A DNA stretch of 64,000 bases from positions 1 through 64,000 of the forward strand of contig NIVC01002151.1 in the NCBI GenBank assembly GCA_002269645.1, read 5' to 3'. A program made the translations under genes and the position numbers. This DNA is from Macrostomum lignano (Eukaryota). Below are positions 48,661 to 62,019 of this stretch, piece by piece (position 1 is the stretch's first letter; the number at the start of each line of letters is the position of its first letter). The notes under the pieces were generated by a model that was not told the origin of the DNA, did not search any database, and worked only from the letters and a program-made list of their open reading frames with translations.

Positions 48661-48987
48661 CTGCTTTATGATAGCTGCTTTTTACCTGAGGGCCAACCCC
48701 CAAGGCGCAGACTGTACATGCCATGGATGATTACAAAGTCAAAGGGTCGCTGAACACCCTGCGTGAGCGTGTGTGAGTATTGTGGCTCAGGAGTCAGTGG
48801 AATTGATAGAATTGCGTCACCTCTGTTTGTGGGACGATATGTGGCCGAAGGCGTTGCGCCAGGGTGCGTCCGCGGCGAATACCTTATAAATGTACATTAG
48901 CTCAATGAGTACTCAAGTAGAAGGACGGCAAACTATGTTTCGAGGAAAATTTAAATTTACCGGTAGGAGTCGGGTTTCATCGAAAAA

Positions 48988-49762
48988 TCCCTCTCTCTCC
49001 CATCTCCCTCTCCCATTTCCCTCTCCAATCTCCCTCACCCATCTCACTCTCCCATCTCTTCACCCATCTCACTCTCCCCATTTCCCTCTCCCATCTCCCT
49101 CCCCCCATCTCCCTCTCCCATCTCCCTCTCCCATCTCCTTCTCCCCATCTCCCTCTCCCATCTCCCTCTCCCATCTCCCTCTCCCATCTCCCTCTCCCCA
49201 TCTCCTTCACCCATCTCACTCTCCCATCTCCCTCTCCCATCTCCCTCTCCCATCTCCTTCTCCCCATTTCCCTCTCCCATTTTCCTCTCCCCATCTCCCT
49301 CTCCCATCTCCTTCACCCATCTCACTCTCCCATCTCCCTCTCCCATCTCCCTCTCCCGTTTTCCTCTCCCCATCTCCCTCTCCCATCTCCTTCACCCATC
49401 TCACTCTCCTCATCTCACTCTCCCCATCTCCTTCACCCATCTCCCTCTCCCATCTCCCTCTCCCCATCTCCTTCACCCATCTCACTCTCCCATCTCCCTC
49501 TCCCATCTCCCTCTCCCATCTCCTTCTCCCCATTTCCCTCTCCCATTTTCCTCTCCCCATCTCCCTCTCCCATCTCCTTCACCCATCTCACTCTCCCATC
49601 TCCCTCTCCCATCTCCCTCTCCCGTTTTCCTCTCCCCATCTCCCTCTCCCATCTCCTTCACCCATCTCACTCTCCTCATCTCACTCTCCCCATCTCCTTC
49701 ACCCATCTCCCTCTCCCCATCTCCTTCACCCATCTCCCTCTCCCCATCTCTTCCACCCATCT
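48988..49762. repeat. 13-bp satellite (CCATCTCCCTCTC)n downstream of the anosmin stop
   Basis: Directly visible; same unit at 52600-53355. Confidence 0.92.
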
Positions 49763-50790
49763 CAAAAAGCAAAAACAAACAACAAAAATTGATATTGCTT
49801 TCACTAGGAGGTAGACCCAGTGTTCATCTTTTGATATAAATTGCCACTCTTATAGCTCTGTATTTCTAATTACTATTAATTTATAATATTTTTCTACTGA
49901 AAAAATTAAAACCTCCTATCTACGTAAATGTAACTTTTGGTAAAACCTGCTTCCTAATTTTTTTAAGAAACGTTGTCTCCCATCCTACTTGAGTGGTTCT
50001 TGCTTTAGCTGTGTATGAATAACATGCAGGTTCATAAATGAATACCCAATAAAGTAGTTAATGTGGCTCAAGCATTCCCATAAATTTTGAAGACGAGTAT
50101 TCAGCTGTTACGTGTACAAAGTTACTTTGAAAAATTCGTTTTCCATCTCGACTTCAAGTCGACTTCACTGCTGCTTATTGTGATGTAAAGATTCTGTATT
50201 GATTTTTTTGATTCTGAAAATTCTGCTTTTTTGTAAATGCCATTAATCATACAAATTTTGTTTAATCTCTCAATTCAACCACTACTTCTAAATACACACA
50301 TCATTGTCACAACGAATAGTGCCAAAATGCTTGTTGTTTAATTAGTAAAATATTCGCACTACTCTACTGTAGAGAGATGCCAGTAGCAAATAGTGGACTA
50401 CAATTACCTTTAAATATTATAATTAGTTTCCTTTGCTTTGCAAATAAACAAATAAACAAAAAATAATCAGAATGCAACATATATAACACGCACTGTTGCT
50501 TCAGAGTAATAATTAGTGCGTCATTTATTTTATTGATGTTAATTACTGATAATTAGGTAGGTGATTAGTTATTTACTTTAATAATTTGGCAGTTGATTGT
50601 TAAATAAATAGATTAGTTCGCTTACTTCGTTAGCAAATAACTACGCCATATTTGTTCGCATTTGTTGGCTAAATTGCAAAATATGTATAATAGGTGCAAA
50701 AGCTTTTTAGAAAGAAATTCATCAATTCGATCTGCTAATATATTAACTTTATAAAAACTGCGCTTGATGTACTGTGCTAATAATAACAAA

Positions 50791-51615
50791 ATTGGGATCA
50801 GCTAGATTAGGATCAGCTAGATTGGGATCAGCTAGATTAGGATCAGCTAGATTGGGATCAGCTAGATTAGGATCAGCTAGATTGGGATCAGCTAGATTGG
50901 GATCAGCTAGATTGGGATCAGCTAGATTAGGATCAGCTAGATTGGGATCAGCTAGATTAGGATCAGCTAGATTAGGATCAGCTAGATTAGGATCAGCTAG
51001 ATTGGGATCAGCTAGATTAGGATCAGCTAGATTGGGATCAGCTAGATTAGGATCAGCTAGATTGGGATCAGCTAGATTAGGATCAGCTAGATTGGGATCA
51101 GCTAGATTAGGATCAGCTAGATTGGGATCAGCTAGATTAGGATCAGCTAGATTGGGATCAGCTAGATTAGGATCAGCTAGATTGGGATCAGCTAGATTGG
51201 GATCAGCTAGATTGGGATCAGCTAGATTGGGATCAGCTAGATTGGGATCAGCTAGATTGGGATCAGCTAGATTGGGATCAGCTAGATTGGGATCAGCTAG
51301 ATTGGGATCAGCTAGATTGGGATCAGCTAGATTGGGATCAGCTAGATTGGGTTCAGCTAGATTGGGATCAGCTAGATTGGGATCAGCTAGATTGGGATCA
51401 GCTAGATTGGGATCAGCTAGATTGGGATCAGCTAGATTGGGATCAGCTAGATTGGGATCAGCTAGATTGGGATCAGCTAGATTGGGATCAGCTAGATTGG
51501 GATCAGCTAGATTGGGATCAGCTAGATTGGGATCAGCTAGATTGGGATCAGCTAGATTGGGATCAGCTAGATTGGGATCAGCTAGATTGGGATCAGCTAG
51601 ATTGGGATCAGCTAG
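50791..51615. repeat. 15-bp satellite (ATT[G/A]GGATCAGCTAG)n, 55 copies, contiguous with the stop codon of the minus-strand gene
   Basis: 825 nt / 15; directly visible. Confidence 0.97.
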
Positions 51616-54600
51616 GTTGGATCGGAAGTGACGCTGAACGCGCTCGTCCGCCTGCTGCCATCGATGAGTCGCTGCCTTAGTCCCGCCTCAGCCAGGCTGC
51701 TCAGGACCAGCTCAGTCTCCTCCCTGGTGTACTTCTCCCGCACCAGCTGCTCGGCGATGGACATTGTGGCCAGTTCCTCCTGTTGAAGCAGAGGCGTCAG
51801 CTGCTGCTGCTGTTGCTGCTGTTGCTGCATTTTTTGCTCAGCCGACGCCAGAGACGCGGATTTCTCGCAGCAGGAGCAGCAGAGGCAGCTGGCGGGGCAG
51901 CAGCAAAATTTCCGATTGATTTGCTTATTGGACCAGCGGACCGACTGCAGCGAAGCCCTGGCGGCACTGAGAAGATGAGCGACCCAGTTCACCAGCCCGG
52001 AGCTAATTCTCCTGGCGAAGTTGACGCTGGCCAAGTCCCCAATGCAGTAATAGGGGCTCTTCAGCACCGCCAGCTGACTGTCAAACAGGCAGCTGGCCAG
52101 AGCGGCCAGACACCACGTCAGGCCCACGATGGTCGGGTAGAATGCGTCGGAATCCGCCAGGTGCAGCACCTCGTGATCGACAATTCTCTGGCCGACGTTG
52201 ATCACCGGGCGGAGCCGGATTTTCTTGGAGCAGTTCCGGCGCAGCCAGGCGGCGTGGGACTTGTAGATCGGCGTCATCAGCTTGTAGCGAAGGGTGTCGC
52301 CTGTCAGCATGTCGGCCCACAGGATCTGGTAGGAGTACAGCAGCAGGGACAGCGCGAGAATCCAGTACAGCACGGAGCGGCTCAGCCGGCGGAAGGTCAG
52401 GCCTAGCAGGGTGGCATTCAGGAAGATCATGAAGCGCAGGTCCAGGATCAGATAGTTGGCGAATTGCACCTTCAGCACCGATGGATCCAGAGGCAGATTG
52501 TCCAAGCAGAACAGCAGAGTGCACCAGGTGAGAGCAACTATGAAAGTCTGGTGGGGTTGGGCAATCGATTCATTGATTGACTTTCATCGTCTCCGTCTCA
52601 CTCTCCTCATCTCCCTCTCCCATCTCCCCCTCCCATCTCTCTCTATCCCATCTCCCTCTCCCATCTACCTCTCCCATCTCCCTCTCTCATCTCCCTCCCC
52701 CATCTCCCTCTCCCATCTCTCTCTCCCATCTCTCTCTCCCATCTCCCTCTCCCATCTCCCTCTCCCATCTCCCTTTCCCATCTCCCTCCCCCATCTCCCT
52801 CTCCCATCTCTCTCTCCCATCTCTCTCTCCCATCTCCCTCTCCCATCTCCCTCTCCCATCTCCCTCTCCCATCTCCCTCCCCATCTCCCTCTCCCATCTC
52901 CCTCTCCCTTCTCCCTCCCCCATCTCCCTCTCCCATCTCCCTCTCCCTTCTCCCTCCCTCATCTCCCTCTCCCATCTCCCTCTCCCATCTCCCTCTCCCA
53001 TCTCCCTCTCCCATCTCCCTCTCCCATCTCCCTCTCCTATCTCCCTCTCCCATCTCCCTCTCCCATCTCCCATCTCCCATCTCCCATCTCCCTCTCCCAT
53101 CTCCCTCTCCCATCTCCCCCTCCCATCTCTCTCTATCCCATCTCCCTCTCCCATCTCCCTCTCCCATCTCCCTCTCCCATCTCCCTCTCCTATCTCCTAT
53201 CTCCCTCTCCCATCTCCCTCTCCCATCTCCCTCTCCTATCTCCCTCTCCCATCTCCCTCTCCCATCTCCCATCTCCCATCTCCCTCTCCCATCTCCCTCT
53301 CCCATCTCCCTCTCCCATCTCCCTCTCCCATCTCCCTCTCCCATCTCCCTCTCCCCAGCTGCCATCCCTCAGGCCCTCACATTATACACGTAGATCTGCA
53401 GGTCAATCAACCGGCAGCCCCTGAACAAGATGAGGCCGTTCTGCCTCCGCCAGCGAGTCATGTGGGCCCAGCGCTGGCCAATGAGGCACAGCTCCACAAA
53501 CGATCTCATCATTCGACTGCGCGTAGCCGCGTGCGCCGTGGCCACCACCTTGACGCCGCCGAGCCAGCAGGCCCGATAGAAAATCAACGACAGGTAGAGA
53601 GCCTTCAAGGAGGCGTGCGAAGTCATCGCCTTGCTCAGCATACCGTAGTGACAGGTGATTCCGGCTGCAACCTGATCGCAGCCCTCTTTAGCGCGCAGTG
53701 CAAACAAAGACCTGAGAAGAGTCTTGTGGCACATGTTGTAGCTGACGTTGAGTAGGAAAGCGCGGACAAAGACTCTCTTGCGGCGGAACCGGCGGATTAG
53801 CGACTGGTAGACTGTGTACTCGGTCTGAGGGTGTGGGGTAGGTAGACTGTGTACTCGGTCTGAGGTGTGGGGTTGGTAGACTGTGTACTCGGTCTGAGGT
53901 GTGGGGTAGGTAGACTGTGTACTCGGTCTGAGGTGTGGGGTTGGTAGACTGTGTACTCGGTCTGAGGGTGTGGGGTTGGTAGACTGTGTACTCGGTCTGA
54001 GGGTGTGGGGTAGGTAGACTGTGTACTCGGTCTGAGGGTGTGGGGTTGGTAGACTGTGTACTCGGTCTGAGGGTGTGGGGTAGGTAGACTGTGTACTCGG
54101 TCTGAGGGTGTGGGGTTGGTAGACTGTGTACTCGGTCTGAGGGTGTGGGGTTGGTAGACTGTGTACTCGGTCTGAGGTGTGGGGTAGGTAGACTGTGTAC
54201 TCGGTCTGAGGGTGTGGGGTTGGTAGACTGTGTACTCGGTCTGAGGTGTGGGGTAGGTAGACTGTGTACTCGGTCTGAGGGTGTGGGGTTGGTAGACTGT
54301 GTACTCGGTCTGAGGGTGTGGGGTAGGTAGACTGTGTACTCGGTCTGAGGGTGTGGGGTTGGTAGACTGTGTACTCGGTCTGAGGGTGTGGGGTTGGTAG
54401 ACTGTGTACTCGGTCTGAGGGTGTGGGGTTGGTAGACTGTGTACTCGGTCTGAGGGTGTGGGGTTGGTAGACTGTGTACTCGGTCTGAGGGTGTGGGGTT
54501 GGTAGACTGTGTACTCGGTCTGAGGGTGTGGGGTTGGTAGACTGTGTACTCGGTCTGAGGGTGTGGGGTTGGTAGACTGTGTACTCGGTCTGAGGTGTGG

Positions 54601-57600
54601 GGTTGGTAGACTGTGTACTCGGTCTGAGGTGTGGGGTTGGTAGACTGTGTACTCGGTCTGAGGTGTGGGGTTGGTAGACTGTGTACTCGGTCTGAGGTGT
54701 GGGGTTGGTAGACTGTGTACTCGGTCTGAGGTGTGGGGTTGGTAGACTGTGTACTCGGTCTGAGGTGTGGGGTTGGTAGACTGTGTACTCGGTCTGAGGT
54801 GTGGGGTTGGTGGACAACTTCACAAACATGAAACTACCCGCACAAATTGGTCAAAAATGGCGCCACAAAGTCGCTAAGAATGACGCTAGAAAACTACCCG
54901 CACAAATTGGTCAAAAATGGCGCCACAAAGTCGCTAAGAATGACGCTAGAAAACTACCCGCACAAATTGATCAAAAATGGCGCCAAAAACTCGATTAGAA
55001 TGACGCTAGAAAACTACCCGCACAAATTGGTCAAAAATAGCGCCAAAAACTCGATAAGAATGACACTAGAAAACTACCCGCACAAATTGGTCAAAAATGG
55101 CGCCAAAAACTCGATAAGAATGACGCTAGAAAACTACCCGCACAAATTGGTCAAAAATGGCGCCAAAAACTCGATAAGAATGACGCTAGAAAACTACCCG
55201 CACAAATTGGTCAAAAATGGCGCCACAAAGTCGATAAGAATGACGCTAGAAAACTACCCGCACAAATTGGTCAAAAAGGCGCCAAAAACTCGATAAGAAT
55301 GACGCTAGAAAACTACCCGCACAAATTGGTCAAAAATGGCGCCACAAAGTCGCTAAGAATGACGCTAGAAAACTACCCGCACAAATTGGTCAAAAATGGC
55401 GCCACAAAGTCGCTAAGAAGAATGACGCTAGAAAACTACACGCACAAATTGGTCAAAAATGGCGCCACAAAGTCGCGCTCACCTGATCAAGCCTGGAGGC
55501 GGTGTGCAGCAGTGGCGCTGCCAGCAGGGAGCAGATGATGTTGCTCTCGTACAGCAGAGTGTCTGGTGTGCTCATGGCCTGTTCCCTCCTGGTTTCAAAA
55601 GATTTCAACTGCCAAGCAGCGAAATGCGTTTTCGGCTCCTCCATCACGAACAGAAACCGAATCTGCAGGCACATCCAGAGGTACACAATGATGCTCAAGC
55701 CGTAAATCAGCAAGCAGATCTTCACCAGACTGCCAGTGCCGCACACGGCCATGCAGAAGGTGATGCAGCTTAGACAGACAAGCCAAAATTGGAAGCTGCT
55801 GCCAATCATGCTGGACATCTCTCTGGCCGTCTGGTTGTACATCAGCACCAACTGGCAGATCTCGTAGGCCAGCATCAGCGTGGCGCTGACGTTGGCCAAG
55901 CCGATTGAATTAAATCGACGATGAATGAAATCTGATAGACAGTTGAAATTCTCGCGAGAGCAATAGGTGAACACGTGATAGGCGATTGTGTAGTACACGG
56001 ATCTGGTTAGCAGCAGCGTTACGATGGTGGGCAGAACGGCTCTGCAAGGGTTGAGAATGTTTGGCTTCTGTATTTTCAGATTCTGGGATCTGGGATCTGG
56101 GATCTAGGATAAGGAATCTGGAATCTGGGATCTGGGATCTAGGATCTGGGATCCGGGATCTAGGATCTGGAATTTGGGATCTGAAATCTGGAATCTGGAA
56201 TCTGGGATCTAGGATCTGGGATGGGGATCTGGGATCTAGAATCTGGGATCTTGGGATTTGGGATCCGGGATCTAGGATCCGGGATATAGATCTGAAATCT
56301 GGGATCTAGGATCTGGGATCTTGGTATCTGGGATCTGGGATATGGAATCTGGAATCTAGAATCTGGGATCTTGGGATCTGGGATCCGGGATCTAGGATCC
56401 GGGATCTAGGATCCGGGATCTAGGATCCGGGATCTAGGATCCGGGATCTAGGATCCGGGATCTAGGATCCGGGATCTAGGATCCGGGATCTAGGATCCGG
56501 GATCTAGGATCCGGGATCTAGGATCCGGGATCTAGGATCCGGGATCTAGGATCCGGGATCTAGGATCCGGGATCTAGGATCCGGGATCTAGGATCCGGGA
56601 TATAGATCTGAAATCTGGGATCTAGGATCTGGGATGGGGATCTGGGATCTAGGATCTGGGATCTTGGTATTTGGGATCCGGGATCTAGGATCCGGGATAT
56701 AGATCTGAAATCTGGGATCTAGGATCTGGGATGGGGATCTGGGATCTAGGATCTGGGATCTTGGTATTTGGGATCCGGGATCTAGGATCCGGGATATAGA
56801 TCTGAAATCTAGGATCCGGGATATAGATCTGAAATCTAGGATCTGGGATCTTGGTATTTGGGATCCGGGATCTAGGATCCGGGATATAGATCTGAAATCT
56901 GGGATCTAGGATCTGGGATGGGGATCTGGGATCTAGGATCTGGGATCTTGGTATTTGGGATCCGGGATCTAGGATCCGGGATATAGATCTGAAATCTGGG
57001 ATCTAGGATCTGGGATGGGGATCTGGGATCTAGGATCTGGGATCTTGGTATCTGGGATCTGGGATCTAGGATCTGGGATCTTGGTATCTGGGATCTGGGA
57101 TATGGAATCTGGAATCTGAAATCTGGGATCTGGGATCTGGGATCTGGAATCTGGGATCCGGGATCTAGGATCTGGAATTTGGGATCTGAAATCTGGAATC
57201 TGGAATCTGGGATCTAGGATCTGGGATGGGGATCTGGGATCTAGAATCTGGGATCTTGGGATCTGGGATCCGGGATCTAGGATCCGGGATATAGATCTGA
57301 AATCTGGGATCTAGGATCTGGGATGGGGATCTGGGATCTAGGATCTGGGATCTTGGTATCTAGGATCTGGGATATGGAATCTGGAATTTGAAATCTGGGA
57401 TCTGGGATCTAGGATCTGGGATCCGGGATCTAGGATCTGGAATTTGGGATCTGAAATCTGGAATCTGGAATCTGGGATCTAGGATCTGGGATGGGGATCT
57501 GGGATCTAGGATCTGGGATCTTGGGATCTGGGATCCGGGATCTAGGATCCGGGATCTAGGATCCGGGATATAGATCTGAAATCTGGGATCTAGGATCTGG

Positions 57601-59584
57601 GATGGGGATCTGGGATCTAGGATCTGGGATCTTGGTATCTGGGATCTGGGATATGGAATCTGGAATCTGAAATCTGGGATCTGGGATCTAGGATCTGGGA
57701 TCCGGGATCTAGGATCTGGGATATGGAATCTGGAATTTGAAATCTGGGATCTGAGATCTAGGATCTGGGATCCGGGATCTAGGATCTGGAATTTGGGATC
57801 TGAAATCTGGAATCTGGAATCTGGGATCTAGGATCTGGGATCTAGGATCTGGGATCTAGGATCTGGGATGGGGATCTGGGATCTAGGATCTGGGATCTTG
57901 GGATCTGGGATCCGGGATCTAGGATCCGGGATATAGATCTGAAATCTGGGATCTAGGATCTGGGATGGGGATCTGGGATCTAGGATCTGGGATCTGGGAT
58001 CTGGGATCTGGGATCTGGGATCACCTTCCGTAGTCGTGCAGCGCCACATCGAAGGAGTAGCTGAGGCTCAGCGGGTCCAGCATAGCCAGCACTATGCTAA
58101 CAGCGAAGTCTGGAACTTCCTGGCAGTCAAAAACGGCCCTATCCAGGGCGGTCTTCTGCACTGTGCTGCCCATCTCGGCTGAGTAGGCCTTGACCTCCGA
58201 GGCCAGGGGTTCGTAGTATTTGCGCCTGGTGCTGTACCTGCCGGCCAGGTGCACGAGAACAATGGCCAGGCCCATGGAGGAAAAGAAGGCAAACGATAGA
58301 AGATTCGCCTGAGTTAACAAGTTGTTTTTTATCGTGGTATCGAACTTCACTGAGCTCAGATCCTTGGAGACCTTCCAGTTCGGGTGTTCAATAAACGGCC
58401 ACGAGCATTTGAAGCCTTGGTCACTGACTGCGGGTTTGCGAAATGTTGTGATTTAGCGGATTGGCATCTGGGTTATCGTGGATTGGGATCTGGATTATCG
58501 TGGATTGGGATCTGGATTATCATGGATTGGGATCTGGATTATCGTGGATTGGGATCTGGATTATCGTGGATTGGGATCTGGATTATCGTGGATTGGGATC
58601 TGGATTATCATGGATTGGGATCTGGATTATCGTGGATTGGGATCTGGATTATCGTGGATTGGGATCTGGATTATCGTGGATTGGGATCTGGATTATCATG
58701 GATTGGGATCTGGATTATCGTGGATTGGGATCTGGATTATCGTGGATTGGGATCTGGATTATCGTGGATTGGGATCTGGATTATCATGGATTGGGATCTG
58801 GATTATCGTGGATTGGGATCTGGATTATCGTGGATTGGGATCTGGATTATCGTGGATTGGGATCTGGATTATCGTGGATTGGGATCTGGATTATCGTGGA
58901 TTGGGATCTGGATTATCATGGATTGGGATCTGGATTATCGTGGATTGGGATCTGGATTATCATGAATTGGGATCAGGATTATCATGAATTGGGATCTAGA
59001 TTGGGATCTGGATTATCGTGGATTGGGATCTAGATTGGGATCTGGATTGGGATCTGGATTATTATGGATTGGGATCTGGATTATCATGGATTGGGATCTG
59101 GATTATCAAGGGTTACAATCTGGATTGGGATCTGGATTGGGATCTGGATTATCGTGGATTGGGATCTAGATTGGGATCTGGATTGGGATCTAGATTATCA
59201 TGGATTGGGATCTAGATTATCATGAATTGGGATCTGGATTATCGTGGATTGGGATCTAGATTGGGATCTGGATTGGGATCTAGATTATCATGGATTGGGA
59301 TCTAGATTATCATGAATTGGGATCTGGATTATCGTGGATTGGGATCTAGATTGGGATCTGGATTGGGATCTGGATTATCATGGATTGGGATCTAGATTAT
59401 CATGAATTGGGATCTGGATTATCGTGGATTGGGATCTGGATTATCATGGATTGGGATCTGGATTATCAAGGGTTACAATCTGGATTAGGATCTAGATGAA
59501 GATATGATTAGGACTAAGCAGCAAATTCGTCATAAATGCCACTAACAAGAACTCACTTTTCAGCTTTGTTTCATATCCAGCCAT
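51612..59584 (-). CDS. Uncharacterised polytopic membrane protein, ~782 aa, roughly 10-13 hydrophobic segments, C-terminal Cys cluster and polyQ
   Basis: Minus-strand exons, GT-AG and phase-compatible, total 2349 nt: 59584-59557 (MAGYETKLK, tentative first exon), 58427-58025, 56041-55483, 53803-53381, 52547-51612 (TAG). Splicing gives one stop-free frame with many hydrophobic helices (e.g. NLLSFAFFSSMGLAIVLVHL, FQFWLVCLSCITFCMAVCG, SVLYWILALSLLLYSYQILWA) and RKFCCCPASCLCCSCCEK. No family recognised. Confidence 0.72.
52600..53355. repeat. 13-bp satellite (CCATCTCCCTCTC)n in the last intron of the minus-strand gene
   Basis: Directly visible. Confidence 0.93.
53806..54812. repeat. 34-35 bp minisatellite GGTAGACTGTGTACTCGGTCTGAGG(G)TGTGGGGT[T/A]
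   Basis: ~29 units; directly visible. Confidence 0.95.
54828..55475. repeat. 60-bp minisatellite (GAAACTACCCGCACAAATTGGTCAAAAATGGCGCC...), ~11 copies
   Basis: Repeats in register with the 60-nt lines. Confidence 0.95.
56078..58020. repeat. 7/14-bp satellite (GGGATCT / GGGATCTAGGATCC) with higher-order blocks
   Basis: Directly visible; fills intron 58024-56042. Confidence 0.94.
58462..59497. repeat. 22-bp satellite (GGATTGGGATCTGGATTATC[G/A]T)n
   Basis: Directly visible. Confidence 0.95.
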
Positions 59585-60041
59585 GGAAAAGAATTTTTTG
59601 TAGTTTAATTACTTTTAGGCAATAGAAAACGGTAAATAACGAAGCTTGATTTTAACTTTTCAAAGAGCTTACTACCGGTAAAAATGAACTGTCTAGAATT
59701 GCCAGCTAGTATTGCCAGGTCAGTTAAGGTAATGCTAAGGAGAATCTGTTTGACCCAGTTGGTCTATGGTCGAAAACTTCCTTCCAGTACAAACCGAAAG
59801 GATAGCAGCAGGGGCCGATTTCACGAAGCTTAGCAGCTAGCAGTGGTTGAACCAATCTATGGCCTGAATTCTGTCACGTGATGCTTCGTTCGGCCCCAAT
59901 CGGTACTTTTGTGGATTGTGTCATTTCTTTGTTTGATTAATCTAATGTCTTTATGCTACTTATTTGTTCGTAGACTTGTCACTCGAATGTAACTCGTAGT
60001 TGCTGTGCTGTACAGCTTGTTCCTGCGGTCAGTCACTTTTT

Positions 60042-60960
60042 AGATATAGATGCCACACCTGTTAGATACGGATGTCACACCTGTTAGATACGTATGCCAC
60101 ACCTGTTAGATACGGATGCCACACCTGTTAGATACGGATGCCACACCTGTTAGATACGGATGCCACACCTGTTAGATACGGATGCCACACCTGTTAGATA
60201 CGGATGCCACACCTGTTAGATACGGATGCCACACCTGTTAGATACGGATGTCACACCTGTTAGATACGTATACCACACCTGTTAGATACGGATGCCACAC
60301 CTGTTAGATACGGATGTCACGCCTGTTAGATACGGATGCCACACCTGTTAGATACGGATGTCACACCTGTTAGATACGTATGCCACACCTGTTAGATACG
60401 GATGCCACACCTGTTAGATATGGATGCCACACCTGTTAGATACGGATGTCACGCCTGTTAGATACGTATATCACGCCTGTTAGATACGTATGTCACACCT
60501 GTTAGATACGGATGCCACACCTGTTAGATACGGATGCCACACCTGTTATATACGGATGTCACGCCTGTTAGATACGGATGTCACGCCTGTTAGATACGTA
60601 TATCACGCCTGTTAGATACGGATGTCACGCCTGTTAGATACGTATATCACGCCTGTTAGATACGTATGTCACGCCTGTTAGATACGGATGTCACGCCTGT
60701 TAGATACGTATATCACGCCTGTTAGATACGGATGCCACACCTGTTAGATACGGAGATCACAACTGTTAGATATGGATATCACAACTGTTAGATATGGATA
60801 TCACAACTGTTAGATACCGATGTGACACCTGTTAGATACGCATGTCACGCCTGTTAGATACGCATGTCACGCCTGAAAGATAACGTATATCGCGCCTGTT
60901 AGATACAGAGATCACAAATGTTATATACGGATGTCACGCCTGTTAGATACGGATGTCACA
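60042..60960. repeat. 22-bp satellite (CAC[A/G]CCTGTTAGATACG[G/T]ATG[C/T])n
   Basis: Directly visible; diverged right edge. Confidence 0.93.
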
Positions 60961-61387
60961 CTTGTAGACATTATGCCTGCCAGACACAGCATATCATAGA
61001 AAAGGATGCACACCCAATACAAGAGAGTCGCACAGCAAGTTGGCCTGCAGTTGCTAGGCTAAGTGACGCGCTAAACAGCTCTGACTCAAATGCAGCCGCA
61101 AATGCCAGGTACGCTGATTGCATGTCACATTTTGGGAAATTTCCTTCTGAATTTCAACAGAATTTATTCCTTTGGAAGACAATAAAGCTGATGAATAGGG
61201 GAATATGAGGTGGAAGCTGCTTGAAAAAAAGCTTAATTGTTGACTGAATGACATTTTCAAAGAGGTAAGAAAGTGCTACGACAGTATTTGAATGAAAAGC
61301 TTTATTCTCAAAAGTACGACTCCGAATAGGGGGAATCCCTGTAAGGCATTGGCAGATAGCTGAGATGCAGAATACAAGTAAAGGAAA

Positions 61388-62019
<632 letters not shown>

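Noticed and set aside
54857-55470. TGGCGCC in the 60-bp unit as a retroviral primer-binding site
   Set aside because: The match to a tRNA-Lys PBS stops after ~7 nt, and there are no LTRs or gag/pol sequence nearby.
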